Origin: Eledone cirrhosa | Lineage: Eukaryota | DNA length: 64,000 bases | NCBI GenBank assembly: GCA_964016885.1 | Contig: OZ024740.1 | Span: forward strand, 217,496,001-217,560,000 | Reading direction: 5' to 3' | Part shown: positions 13,079 to 26,289 of the stretch, in pieces | How the letters are laid out: each line of letters starts with the position of its first letter | Numbering within the stretch: the stretch's first letter is position 1 | The notes under the pieces: generated by a model | The model's input: only the letters and a program-made list of their open reading frames with translations | What the model was told of the DNA's origin: nothing | Database searches by the model: none | Translations under genes and position numbers: made by a program

Positions 13079-14521
13079 GGGTCTGCTTCGGACCGGACCT
13101 CCAGATGGAGAAAAACTGGAGCGAGGTGACGAGCAAGGTGGCCTCCCTCAACCAGAAATGGGCTGAGAGGAAGCTGTCCCTGAAAGGCTGGGCGGAGATG
13201 GCGAATACGTACATCACATCCGTCATTTGCTACCGCCTCACCGACGTCCCTTGCCCCGACCCAACTCTCACCAAAATGGAGCGCCTCCTCTTCCGCTTTT
13301 TGTGGAAGGGACGCGCTCCCATGGTCAGACGATCCATCTGCTGTCAACACCCGTTGCGTGGAGGCATGCCATGGCAAACATGCGCTGGTGCTGCGACATC
13401 TCTGGTGCTTCCTTGACGGTGAAGAGGTGTGGTTGCCGTTCGCCAGGCACGTTTTCCCACAGCTCGTCTCCTTGACGGAGCTGCAGTTCTGGGTCAGGAA
13501 AAGTCCGAGGGATAGCGCTTGGAAACTGGAATGTCTCCAGGCGCTCACTGCTCTCTGCCAGCTGGGCACCAGTATCGGTGGAACATCCACCTCGGCGTTC
13601 TATAGAGGACTAGTGGAGGGGAAGAGCGACGGAGAGATCCTGGGCGTCGAAGAAGATCAGGTGTTTGCTCTCTTCCGGAGAACTTTCAGCCCAGGGCCTA
13701 TGGATAACTTCCAAAAATCTCTGGCCTGGAAGTGCCACCGGGGAGCGTTGCCGGTTCGAGATAAGCTCTACAGGCACGGAAGTGCCGTCAGCCGAGCCTG
13801 TTCGAGATGCGCGCACAGCGACGAAACCGTCGTCCACGCACTCGTTCAGTGCCCGAGCATTGCTGACTTGTGTAGCTATGTCGAACAGTTGCTGTCGCGT
13901 GTAGGACTGATCCGTTTATCGACTGAGTCCATTGTGCAGATGGTCTCGCCGTCTTCCTTCGAGGAGGAAGGGCAGGCGCTTTTCATCCGCCTGGTGGTCA
14001 TGGCGAAAGAGATTGTGTGGTGGACAAAGTTGAAAGGATTAAAGACAAACAATTTCCTCTTCGACGAATCCCTAATTAACTTTTTCAAGTTTCACTTGAA
14101 GAGGAAAATCAGGGTGGAGAGGCAAGTGCTGCCTTCTAGCAAGTTTGTTGAAAGGTGGGTGAATGTAGCGAGAATGGTCCGAGTGAACGGGACCGCTCTG
14201 AATATACGCCTGTAGTTTGAGAGATGGAAACATTGAGAGAGGGCGCTTGCCCATGTGGTCAGAGTGGCCGTGGTCTTTTGTGTGGTTTTCGCCACGCGTA
14301 ACCCTCGGAGGTTTCCCTCCTATTGGGGAATTTTTCATTGTTTCAATTTTCATTTTTATTGTTTATATATATATATGTTTCTATGTCTTTTTCTTTTCTT
14401 ATATAAATAATAAAATCTTTACACGAACAAAACCCATATCGTACCGTCCTGTACCGTCCTGTGGCGTCTGTAATGTTTTTCTTCATGTCAGCCCTTGTGG
14501 CCAATAAAGAAATCATTATTA

Positions 14522-14568
<47 letters not shown>
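13079..14568 (+). mobile_element. L1/Tx1-like LINE, 5'-truncated ORF2 C-terminus with (ATT)n tail
   Basis: FGPDLQMEKNW...CSRCAHSDETVVHALVQCP, AATAAA at about 14503, then (ATT)n. Confidence 0.85.
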
Positions 14569-14569
<1 letters not shown>

Positions 14570-14687
14570 CTGGGGGAAGAGTCTTCAAACACTCCTTCCA
14601 GCGGGTTCTTTTAGAAGCAACCTTCTCCAGCTGGATATATAAAGTATATATATATATATATAAGTATATATTTATACATATATATAA

Positions 14688-14737
<50 letters not shown>

Positions 14738-14780
14738 GTATATATATACACATATATATAAGTATATATATATATATATA

Positions 14781-16297
14781 AGTATATTTGTGAAATGGGT
14801 AGTGGTTGAAATTCAATTGTGCATGGTTAAATGGTAGTAGACGTGGTCAGACGGACATGAAAATTTACACACCTATGTAAAAAGTGCCAAGGAAGCAAAT
14901 AGACGAGGTTTCAAATCTCTAACTTGAAAAATGTGGTCCCTGGGGCCCCAAAACTATCGCGTTCGGTGAGTTATTTCCCCCTTGTTCTAATACTTTTGTC
15001 TTATTTACAATTTCATCATCCTTCTACATTTAACGATCATACAGTACCGTTTTATGAAATCGATTCTGCAGTACGGTCACTGTTTTCCATCAAAAGAAAT
15101 AAAACCCTCGGCGATACTTGGTTTTAGTGTCCTAAATTATCATCATCGACATTCAATTATTAGCTCCACCCACTACACGATACGTCACGAAGGTAAATGT
15201 TTCGAAAAAATTTTAAACTGTATATCTCAACAATATATTGTTTAAAGAAATTTTTTTTCTGTTGTTAAAAACTGTAAATCTGTTAAAAAAAAAAATGTAT
15301 TTCGCAGCAATTTTTTTCTGTTAAAAACTGTAAATAAATATTCATGTAAAAATGAAGCATAGTGTTTCGGTTAAATACATTTTTCTTTTAACAGATTTAC
15401 AGTTTTAAACAAGAGAAAAAAATTTCTTTAAACAATATATTGTTGCGATATACATTTTAACATTTTTTACGCAGAAGTAAATATTTCGAGAAACGTTGCA
15501 ACCGAACGAAAACAGGAAGACGATATTTTGGTTCGTGAAGACGTTCCCTGGCAATGAATAGGAAAAAAGCGAGGATAATACGTCGTTATGTGGATCGTGA
15601 AGAACAATTTCATGCAAAGACAAGACCAAGTTTATGGTATAAATGGAGTCGTTAGACTAATATTCTATTTAAAATAACAGAATGATTTCCAGCCCCGGAG
15701 TTTAAGAATGATGTAAATAAAATTGAAAACGAAAATGACAGAGGTTATTAAAATAGTAAAAGTAAATAGTGAAGATTTAGGCCAGTACATACGTATGCCC
15801 CGACGGACATACACATACATACGCACACACAAATACACAGACACACACGAACGCACGCGCGTATGTATAAATCTTATGCATTTCTACAGTATTTTCACCA
15901 AACTTAAGACATAGGTTACTTATGTACTCCGGATGGTCATGGGCACTTTCATTTTTCCAGATATTGATTATAGGGCCTCCCGGCAGATAACCCACTTTAA
16001 CCACTTCCTTAGAGTCGACTGAAGCACTGCAGTGCAATGCAACAAGACGTCATAACTTCTGGAGTTCGCAACCGATTTTCACAAAACTTGACATATGGGC
16101 TACGTTTGTCCTACATATGAATGTGAACTCTCAGAATTGGCACATATTGGGTAGGGGACCCCTGGGGCAGGAACCCCCTTTTGGAAAAAGCCGATGATTT
16201 TGTAAAAGTATAGATTTCAAAGCACCACTGAAGTATTGACATAAATGGTATACACAACTGCTATTTAATATCCGAGCAACGCCGGGTACCTCTGCTA

Positions 16298-16298
<1 letters not shown>
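14781..16298 (+). mobile_element. Non-autonomous Helitron-like element
   Basis: Lies between (TA)n tracts and ends CCGAGCAACGCCGGGTACCTCTG-CTAG (imperfect GC hairpin plus CTAG). No coding capacity; 5' boundary approximate. Confidence 0.65.
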
Positions 16299-16346
<48 letters not shown>

Positions 16347-16371
16347 TATATATATATATAAGTATATATAT

Positions 16372-16889
16372 ATATTTCGTTTCTGAATTTGTTTAGCAAG
16401 ATTCTTTATCTGAAAACGTGTGTTGAAACCGATATTGTTATACTTTGGGAGGGTCATGTTGCCAATAAGAAACACACGCACCAGTTGCTTTCACTTCAAT
16501 TTATTATAAATTAAATTTATAAATTTAAGAATTTATAAATTTACGGTTGGTTGGTTGGTTCTACAACCAGACGATTGTTCATATATTGTCAAAGTTCTTT
16601 CGTCACACATTCTGTGACCTCTTCAGTGACTGGGGATTCTTTTCTTTGTTTTTGTGCCTCTCCTTTGTTCTGTCCTACGCCATCTTGATGGCGTAGGACA
16701 GAACAACGGAGGTCACAGAATGTGTGACGAAAGAACTTTGACAATATATGAACAATCGTCTGGTTGTGGAACCAACCAACCAACCGGATATTTATTAATT
16801 CCTAAATTTATCAATTTAATTTATAATAAATTGAAGTGAATTTACTGGTGCGTGTGTTTCTTATTGGCAACATGACCGTCCCAAAGTAT

Positions 16890-16897
<8 letters not shown>
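16372..16897. mobile_element. Foldback of a Penelope pseudo-LTR (same family as 49398-49705)
   Basis: Arms about 16432-16685 and 16688-16897 centred on CTACGCCATC-TT-GATGGCGTAG. The left arm is the reverse complement of the 3' end of the Penelope at 47770-49705. Confidence 0.88.
16588..16630 (-). ncRNA. Minimal type I hammerhead ribozyme
   Basis: gtca-CTGAAGA-G-GTCACA-gaatg-TGTGAC-GAAA-gaac-TT-tgac. Confidence 0.75.
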
Positions 16898-16924
<27 letters not shown>

Positions 16925-17121
16925 ATGTAATCTGAGTAATAATATTCGATTCGTTTCCAATTATGCAAACAGCCTCTTTAAAGTCATGTCAGTAGAATGA
17001 CCCCACTATTCTTGCTCATAGAGGACTAACACCACTCTCTGGATCTGAACATTTCAACGAATTAACAAGGTAAATATTATTCCAACATTATGTTTTCGTG
17101 TTTTTTCTGTTCAAGTTCTAA

Positions 17122-17178
17122 CTGCCTGATGAGGTCGTAGCTGTTGAAAAATGGCTATCACTTAAATATATATAGCAG
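17122..17178 (+). ncRNA. Type I hammerhead, probably inactivated (G12 to U), within island 16921-17335
   Basis: ctgc-CTGATGA-GGTCGTAGCTGTT-gaaa-AATGGCTATCACT-TAAA-tatata-TA-gcag. All stems present; GAAA reads TAAA at 17163. Confidence 0.7.
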
Positions 17179-17330
17179 CGAATATGAATATGAATAAACG
17201 AAACTAATTTTAACCTGTTGACTTACACTTCTTGTTTTTACATTACTCCGGAGTAAACAGACCAAGCTGCGCACTCGTTAAGTGCTCCAGCTTTCATACT
17301 GAAGTGTCAGTAAACAACTAACACATACTC

Positions 17331-17396
<66 letters not shown>

Positions 17397-17400
<4 letters not shown>

Positions 17401-20400
17401 ATGGTTTCTTTATTGGCCACAAGGGCTAACATGAAGAAAACATTACATACGGCACAAAGGTACAGGACGATACAAAGTGTGTTTGGGCCGTGTAAAAAAG
17501 GTTATAACAAGAAGATAGAAATATCAAAATAATTCAAACAACAACAAAAATTCCCCAATAGGGGGGAAACTTCCGAGAGTCACTCGTGGCAAAAACCACA
17601 CAAAAGACCACGTCCACCCTGGCCACCAGGGCAAGCGCCCTTTCTCAGTTTTCCACTCCTCAGTCTACAGGCGCATACTCAGAGCGGGTCCGGTCACTCG
17701 GACCAGACTCGCCACTTTCACCCACCTTTCAACAAACTTATTTGAAGACAGCACTTGTCTCTCCCCCCTGATTTTCCTCTTCAAGGGAAATTTGAAAAAG
17801 TTAATCAGGGATTCGCCGAAGAGGAAAGTGTCCGTCTTCAATCTTTCAACCTTGTCCACCACACAATCTCTTTCGCCACCAGGTAGATCAAAACTGCCTG
17901 CCCTTCCTCCTCCTTAAAGGAGGGCGGCGGGGCTATCTGCACAATGCACTCAGTCGATAACCGGATCTGTCCTACACGTGAGAGCAAATGTTCAACATAG
18001 CTCCACAAGTCAGCAATGCTCGGACACTGAACGAGTGCGTGCATAACGGTTTCATCGCTCTGTGCGCAACTCGGACAGGTTCGGCTGATGGCTCTTCCGT
18101 GTCTGTAGAGCTTATCTTGAACCGGCAACGCTCTCCGGTAGCGCTGCTAGGCCAAGGATTTCTGGAAGTTGTCTTGAAGAGAGCGAACAGCTGATTGTCT
18201 TCGACGCCCAGGGTCTCCTCGAGAACGTTGTCGCGCTTTCCTTCCACTAGCCCTTCATAGAACGCCGAGGTGGATGTTCCACTGATACAAGTGCCCATCT
18301 GGTAGAGGGCGGTGAGCGCTTGGAGACATTACAGCTTCCAAGCGCTATCCCTCGGTCTTTTCCTGATCCAAGATTGTAGCTCCACCAAGGAGACGAGCTG
18401 GGAAAAAGCGCGTCTGGCAAACGGCGACCACACCTGTTCACCGTCAAGGAATCACCAGAGATGTCGCAGCCTCAGCGCATGTTTGTGCATAATCAGCCAC
18501 GGCATGCCAAGTCCTCCAGGCAACTGGTGTTGACAGCAAATGGGTCGTCTGACCATGGAAGCACGTCTCTTCCACAAAAAGCGGAAGAGAAGGTGCTCCA
18601 TTTTGGTCAGAGTTGGGAGGGGGGCATGGTACGACGGCCAGGCGGTAGCAGAGGACGGATGTTATGTACGCATTCGCCACCTCCACCCGACCTTTCAGAG
18701 ACAGCCTACGCTCGGCTCATTTCTGGGTGAGAGAGGCCACCCTGCTCGTTACCTTGCTCCAGTTTTCTCCATCTGGAGGTCCGGACCGAACCAGACCCAG
18801 AGCAATTTAACCGGTCCTTCCGTCCAGCGCCCCACGTTCTGTCGGACGGCATGGACTTGCCTCTCCAGGTGCCGAGTTGCTAGCCCACTGACCTTTCCTG
18901 GTTTATCTTTGCTCCTGTCACAGCTTCGTATTCCTTGAGAGCATTACCGAGCATCTGAACGTGTTTGGTGTTCGACATCACCACGGTGACGTCGTCGGCG
19001 TAATCCGACACGGATCTCCCGCATGCCAGTTCGCGTAGGACCCCCTTCATCGTCTCCAATTTGTGCTCTAACGGCTCGAGGGCCAATACGTACAAGAGGG
19101 ACGAGAGAGGACAACCATGGCTGACCGAGCTCATGATGCTGAACGGCTGCGACAGGTGGCCATTGACCCTCACAATCAAGCAGATGTCGCTGTGCATCGC
19201 AGCGATCCAGCCCCTGAAAACGAACCCGAAGCCGGCCGCTTTGAGGACCGCAGCCATGTACCGTTGGTCGACCCTATTAAATGCTCTAGATTGATCCAAG
19301 TTGATCAGAGGCCCACCCATGCTAGATTCCTTAACCACCCTCTCTATGATGTATCACATGAGATGGAGGTTGCCGAGGATGGATCTGTCCGGAATGGTAC
19401 ATATCTGCGCCTCTCCCACCAGATCACCGACGAAAAGCGCCAATCTCTTTGCTAACACTTTGGCCAAACTCTTAAACTCTGCGTTTAGAAAAGTTATGGG
19501 CCTGAAGTTGTGTATAACGCCCCCCTTGTTTGGGTCTTTTCTCAGCAACGCTACCGCTCCTCGGCTCACAAAACTGGGAATGCTCCCGTTCTGCTGCCAG
19601 TTGCAGTAGACATCTGCCAAGAGGTCGCCGAACAAGTTTTGGCATGTACGCATAAAGCTCGTAGGGCAGATCATCGAAACCTGGCGATATACCCCACGTG
19701 CACTCAGACATCGGTTCCCGTATTTCACCTGCTGTTATCGGCTTTTCGCAGCACTGCACTGCGGTCGTTGAGAGCCACGACAGTCCGTCGAGATATGCAC
19801 CGAAGTACATACTCCATCCGGCCTGCTGCCGCTCCCGAACAATCGATCAAAGTGCTGTTGAAAAGCTGCACACATCTGCTCGGGTTCGAACAGCATGCGC
19901 CCATTTTGATCAGGCAAAGACCGAATTGTGGACTTGTTGCCACGTCGCGCCTCCACCATCCGAGCCCATTGAACGGCTTTCGTCCCCTCGTGTCTTAGAG
20001 CACGCGTTCTAGCTCTGACAACGCAGCTTTGCGTTGAAGAATTGGTCGAGTGCCAATCTCGCCGCAAGCACGTCGGTTGCGATGCCTGTCCTAAACGCCT
20101 CTTCTAGCTTTCTAACTCTTCCTCTACTCTATTTTCCTCTATCACTACGCCTTTGCTAAACCGTATCGATTCTACTCTAATGGCCCTTTTCAGGGAAAAC
20201 CACCACCTGTTGTTGACGATCGCACCCGTCGATGCACGCTTAACTAAATCGCTAATCCGGTCTCTGTAAGCTTTGTGCGCCAGGAACGACATGTTCAGCT
20301 TCCAGTAACCGGGCCCTTGCTTATGGAGTTTATCTAAGTCAACTTCACAGATCACAAATTTGTTGTCCGTGTAGTTGACTACTTTAAATTGTGGACAACC

Positions 20401-23073
20401 TACACTAGTCTTATCTGTTTCCCTACAGAATATCATATCTAAATACGATCTGGATGACCCGATGCGGTTTGCCCATGTCCACATTGGCACATTCGGAGAA
20501 TCCAGTCTATACCTGTCAGACAGTTCAAAACGTCTGAGCAAGTTGTTGAGGCTTTTACACCCGCCTCCTCTGTCTACTAGCCCCACATAATCCCAGCGTG
20601 TATCTAAGATACCGTTCCAGTCGCCCATTAACACTAAATAGCGGGACGTTCCAAGAAAGGTCTCTAGACGTCTAAAGAAATCTGGCCGTCCTACACCCTA
20701 TTGGGGCGTAGACGGCTAGTAGCCTGAAAGCATTGCCTTCGCTGCCGGTCACGTCCAGCACCACCAATTTACCTTCTGGGTCCAGGAAGATGGCCCGTAT
20801 GGCGAAATCCAAGCCTCTCCGAAAAAGCACAGTACATCCTCCCCCCCCCCCCCCCCTCCCGATCCTGAACGGCTGGGAGATACGTATACATCGTAGCCGC
20901 CGAAGATCGTGCTTCGGAGATTCTGGTCTCGCTGATGGCCACCACATCTATGTTTAGTGACCTGAGGTCGTTGAGCAGGTGACCCTGCTTCGAAGATGAC
21001 CCCAGGCCACGTACATTTATATTGCCTATTCTAAGTTTGACCATGCTGGGTGAAGAACGGGGTAAGTCAGAAAGAATCACTTACCTTGATCGTTTGGGGA
21101 AGGGACAGTAGAACCGTCCCTTCGGCTGGTCAGGGATGTGTCCAAGATGATATCTCTATAGAATCTCTTGGAGAGTGAATGCCTGAAATCCCCAACGCAG
21201 TTGGGGAATTTTTGTTTTATTTGTTTGTAATCTTCGAGTTCAATTTTCACAATGTTAATATTTTTTGGTAATGTTCTTGGTGTCGGTGGGGTGTAGTAAT
21301 TTACGTCTGAAATATCGGTGTGCTATTTTATATATTCCATTAATCCTTGGTGTGCAATGTTTATGGTTGTGTACTTTTTTGGGGGAGGGTTGGTTTTGTT
21401 GCTGTTTTCTTGTTGTTGCTGTTGGGTGTGTGTGCTTTGTTGTGTTTGCAATGTTGCTGTTTGTGGTGATGCTGGGTGGTTGTTGTTGGTGGTGATGGTG
21501 GTGGCGTTGCTGCAAGTCGCCTTGCAGCCTTTATCCTTCTTTGTTTGTCCTCGCTTTTGGAGTTGCGAAGTTAAGTGGTTCTTTCGTTTTTGTTTTTTTT
21601 GGCAGACCTTTTGCCACTTGACTCCCGCCTCATACACCATGTCGGATTCCGTGGCGTCTGGGAATGGCTATGTGCTCCACGGCTGTTGGTGGTGGTTATA
21701 TAGCACTCTCCGGCGATTTTGTTGCTGGTGCAGCTAATGAAAATGGTGTTGCCGCCACTGCTGCCGCTGTTTTAGTTGTCCGTGGCCTTGGTACAAGTGC
21801 CACGGACGTTGCCTTCCTACTCACTGTGGAAGGGTCTTCTGCCTCTGTTGCCTGCCCTGCTCTTGGTAGCAGCGTATCAGGCGTCGGAAGGAGGGGGGGC
21901 TCTTCTTGGCTGTCTTCTGCGGGCAAAAGGCCTTAAGGTGAACCTTTAACCCACAGAGATAGCACTTTGGTCGCCTTCCTTCCACGCTTATAGGGAGTTG
22001 GAGTCCTTACTCGAGATCTATGATATCTGGGATGGTCTCGATACACTCCTGGTCAGTTTGTATTAGTATTTACATGCCTATACCTGACCAGTTCTCTCTT
22101 CCCATTCTCTGTATTTGTAGTATGTGGTCTTGTCCAGCAAGGACAGACGCGGCCAGCACGTCGGGCGGGACCTGGGTCACTTTGACCCTCACAATTTTCT
22201 GCCCGCAGTAGGAGGGCACCAAGACTATCTCCTCACTCTTTAGGGTTTCCAAAGAGTGAGACTTCGCCTCTTGGGGGGTGGCGAAAAGTACGTCTACTGT
22301 GGCATACTTTTTGCCTCGGGTGATGTGGGTTTTGTGCGCCTAGACGCACCACAAGGCCTTTTGGATTTGAGCCTCCGTAGCTCTCTCCCCCCGATGTGAC
22401 ATTTTGTTTACGATGCGGTAAGTCACCGTCCGTAGCTGTTGGTCCTTGAAAAAATTGGGTGGAGGTTTCAGGGAAACTCTATTGTCATTTCTTGTCATCA
22501 TGGCCCTTGCGACTGCTGTCTCCTCCTTTGTGACTAGCACTGTTTCTATATTTCGGGCCACACTTGCGAAAGAAGTGGCCCCTTTTTCAGCGGCACCATT
22601 ATTGCTGCCGCTACTGCTGCTACTGGTCTTGTTGTGGGTGCTGTTGCTGTTGCTACTGCTGCAAACGGTGTTGTTGCTGTTATCACTGTTGTAGTTGGTT
22701 TTGATTTTGGTTCCACCGTTGTTGCTGTTCTCTGTGCTATTTATATTGTTGCTGTTGGTGTTGTCGTTGTTCATTTTCTTGTTAGTGGTGTTAATATCGT
22801 TGTTGCATTTGTTGTCATTTTTTTCTGTTGTCTGTATTTTGGTTGTCGCTGTTATTGTTGTAGTTGGTGTGGTAATTAAAAAGAAAATTAGTGTTCAAGT
22901 AAAATGTTCAAATATTTGGACCAAAATGCCCAAATATTATACTTTCCCCCTCACAGGGCAAAGTCCAAGGGCTTATATCACTTACACAACAAGAAAATTT
23001 AACAACAAATAATTATAACAGGTGAATAAAGTGACTTACTGGGAGCCAGCAAAAAGACGTCCGATCAGACCAA
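17397..23073 (-). mobile_element. Full-length but decayed L1/Tx1-like LINE (ORF1, APE endonuclease, RT, C-terminal Cys motif)
   Basis: APE motifs NINVRGL, AISETR, GDWN, RSYLD, GPGYWKLN; RT motifs FRPITFLN, LDQSRAFNRV, HGCPLS, YADD. Many frameshifts. ATTATT at both ends. Confidence 0.92.
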
Positions 23074-23076
23074 TAA

Positions 23077-23195
23077 TTGTTTCTACTTTTGGCACAAGGG
23101 CAGCAATTATCCAGTGCATTACTGGTACTTTATTTTATCGACCCCATAAGGATGAAAGGCAAAGTTAACCTCGGCGGGATTTGAACTCAGAATGG
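23077..23195 (-). mobile_element. tRNA-derived SINE, family A
   Basis: B-box GAGTTCAAATCC on the minus strand. The same sequence recurs at 28505, 40300, 40677, 43197 and 44178. Confidence 0.85.
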
Positions 23196-23229
23196 CATGG
23201 GCCGTAACTCTATGCGTATAATAATAATG

Positions 23230-23535
23230 AAGGCAATCCGTCATTTACAACGACGATTGTTCCAGTTGATACGATCAACGGAACAGCCTGTTCATGAAAT
23301 AAACGTGCAAGTGGCTGAGCATTCCACCGACATGCGTATCCTTAACGTAGTTCTCAGGGAGATTCAGCGTGACACATAATGTGACAAGGCTGGTCCTTCG
23401 AATTACAGGTACAACTCATTTTTGCCAGCTGAGTGGACTGGAGCAACATGAAATAAAGTGTCTTGCTTAAGGACACAACGCGCCGCCGGGAATCGAACTC
23501 ACGACCTTGCGATTGTGAAGCAAAACTGCACGCCT
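23230..23535 (-). mobile_element. tRNA-derived SINE, family B
   Basis: Minus-strand head with B-box GAGTTCGATTCC. Core CAACTCATTTTT...GAAATAAAG...GGACACAAC is shared with 27620-27925. Confidence 0.75.
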
Positions 23536-23555
23536 TCACACACACACACATGTAT

Positions 23556-23603
<48 letters not shown>

Positions 23604-24154
23604 GTATATATACACACACACACACATATGTATACGCGCACATGATTTTGGCTCGATTTCTACTGCTGGATGCCCTTCCTAACACCAACCTCATTTACAG
23701 TGAGTACTGGGTGCTTTTTTACTGTGGCGCTTACACGACCACTTTACAGTGTGGGCTGGGTGCTTTTTTGTCGTGACACCTCCAGGGCCACTTTGCAGTG
23801 GGAGGGGGTGGAGGCATATTGTCTATATGCTTAGTAACTGGTAATGTCAAACAGAATAAATTTTAGTTTGTTTTTATTATTCAGGTCATTGAACCAGTCT
23901 ATCACATCAGAAGTACCCAACGATAAATTTAATTGAGAATTAGAGCAAACATGTGGGATAATTCTATCCAAGATGGATTTACTAACAACCCTCCTTCCTT
24001 CTTAAATTTTTCCTCCGTTATTTTCTCCTTCTTTTTCCTTTTCCCTCTTCCTTCTTTTTTCCAATCTTCTCTCTCCTTTTATATTTTTTTATCATATGTT
24101 GACTAGACACTTTCTTGTTCACAAGTGTTTTTTAGGCATCATATCATGTTACCT

Positions 24155-24225
24155 TATTTTATCTGATGAGAACGGAACTATCGCCCCAGGATGACATTTG
24201 TTTTTGAAATGCGCATAATAAAATA
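24155..24225 (+). ncRNA. Type I hammerhead ribozyme
   Basis: tattttat-CTGATGA-(weak stem II)-GAAA-tgcgca-TA-ataaaata. 8-bp stem I and palindromic stem III. Confidence 0.75.
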
Positions 24226-24424
24226 TATGGAACTTTTTAACCATTTTTTAATTTCTTCTTATATATACTCCAGTTCTATCAACTGTTGAGTGCTACTTAT
24301 CTGATATATGCATAGTTTTATTGTTCTACAATAAAACTCACCCCCTTCATTAACCTGCTCCTTGATTGTTTGAGCGCTAACTCTTATATCGGATACCATT
24401 GATGGTCTCTACTTCTTTTATAGC

Positions 24425-25135
24425 ATGGATTACTACAGCATCACAACTTCACTTAAAGACATACCTATTCCGGGAAAAACTGAATACATCAAACTTTTGA
24501 TTGAAAAAACGGACTCTTTCGTGCGAAGGCTTAGATGGATCCCATCTTTCCATGACCAGCGCTTAAAAGGAAATTTTTATATAAAGGAACATAATAATAT
24601 TGATTCATTATTTAACTCCAGAAGAAATCCTCCTTTCAATAAAAACCTAGCACATTTTGAAAATGAATTAACTAAAATTATACGGGGACTTAAATTCAAA
24701 ATAAACCCTTATCGAGGCCAGGAACACCTTATCAACCTTAAGAATAAAATGATCGACCTTAATTCTTCTAAAAACGTTTTAGTTCATTCTGACAAAACTA
24801 ATAATGTATACGGTATAACTAAAGATAAATATAATAACCTTATCCTTAAAGAACTAAGGAAAAATTATCGCGAAACCACCCACGATAATCTTGAGTCTAT
24901 TAATTTCGAAGCATTTGAGATTATTTCTAAACTTGGTATCGGGAAAAAAACTGAACCCTTCTTCCCAAGAATTCCCAGGATTAATCTGAAAGAGCACAAA
25001 ACAAATTTTCGATCTGAATTGCCTGTAAGACTAATTTCCCCCTCTAAATCCGATCTAGGGGTTGTTAGTAAATCCATCTTGGATAGAATTATCCCACAGG
25101 TTTGCTCTAATTCTCAATATGATTTTATAAATTAA
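24425..25135 (+). pseudogene. Truncated N-terminal region of a Penelope-like ORF, ending near the start of RT
   Basis: SLKDIPIP..LIEKTDSFVRRLRW, SDKTNNVY, RINLKEHKTNF..VRLISPSKSDLG, recognised from memory as PLE pre-RT motifs. Confidence 0.7.
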
Positions 25136-25795
25136 ATATGATAGTATACTTTAAAATTAATACAGAGATTTATAAAATTTTATAGCCTGAAATATTATAC
25201 ACTTTGATTAATTCATTACTCTGAACTAACTTAAATGATTTGAAAGTTAACGGTCAACCGGATACGTTTGGATAGTATATATAATTAATTAACTATAGAC
25301 TGGAAATTAACCTTCATATAATTACACCCAGTTATATTTAAGATTTAAATTGATGAATACTTCTAGATAATTCATTAATTCAAAGATTCGAGTTTACTCT
25401 TTCGCAAAGCTATGTCCAAATGTATAGTTCTGTATGGATATATATAATTCATCCCTCCCTATGTTTTACACTATAAAAATTATTCCCCTTTGTCTCTCTT
25501 TCCTTGATCAATTCTCTTTTGCTCTCTATACTTCTACTAGCTATATTATCCCCTTTCTCTGTCTTTCTTTTTTCTTTCGTCTTTCTTCAATAATTTAAAT
25601 TATTTGAATCTCTAACAGTTATGTAAATTGCTGTTATGTATTTTTAAGCTTTCTCACACGCACCCTCTGTATTATATGTAAGTTTTTTCATGTCTCAATC
25701 TTAAGGTATATAAATATTGAGTTTTGTCATATGTTACTCACTACCATGACTGAATCTTAACCATCTACTATGTCAGGGTATGTCATGCATCATCT

Positions 25796-25862
25796 TATTT
25801 TATCTGATGAGGACGTACTGTTGAAGTTAGCTCAGTACCTCTGAAATATGTATAATAAAATA
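25796..25862 (+). ncRNA. Type I hammerhead ribozyme
   Basis: tattttat-CTGATGA-GGAcGTACTG...CAGTACcTCT-GAAA-tatgta-TA-ataaaata. Confidence 0.8.
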
Positions 25863-26019
25863 TACTTGATCACAAGAATTGTGTATTTTTGTTAATATTT
25901 TGAATTAATATTAATAACTCCGGAAAACCATTTCTATTGAGTGCTTCCAATCTATTGTAAAACTCATTCTTTGATTTATTCATTGAACCTTGTTTAACCT
26001 TTAAATATATATATATATA

Positions 26020-26289
26020 TAGTGAAAGAGTGAAGAATAACATGGTCGGCTGTACAAAAAAGGTTTTATTTACAGTATTAACAATTGAACAATTGTTTCA
26101 TTGATCAGGTGTGTCTAAAGGCCGCTAATCACTAGAAGTTGCTTCACCCGACCTTAAATACATTGTGTGTCTCTGATTAAATCATCGGAATACTGGCCTC
26201 GAGACTCACCTGATCAATGAAACAATTGTTAATACTGTAAATAAACCCTTTTTGTACAGCCGACCATGTTATTCTTCACTCTTTCACTA
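26020..26289. repeat. Inverted repeat with arms of about 85-90 bp (PLE-type foldback)
   Basis: 26020-26111 is the reverse complement of 26207-26289 apart from a short duplication and a substitution. Adjacent to (TA)n. Confidence 0.85.

Larger units (their letters stand above)
23880..26003 (+). mobile_element. Penelope-like element remnant: pseudo-LTR with HHR, ORF N-terminus, AT-rich 3' region, second HHR
   Basis: ORF 24425-25135 sits between two related HHRs. 25130-25745 recurs at 45368-45980, and the terminus recurs inverted at 43655-43746. Confidence 0.72.

Noticed and set aside
26207-26235. HHR-like CTGATCA-AT-GAAA-CAATTG-TT in a foldback arm
   Set aside because: G8 is changed, stem II is missing and stem I does not pair. 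Possibly a relic; not counted.
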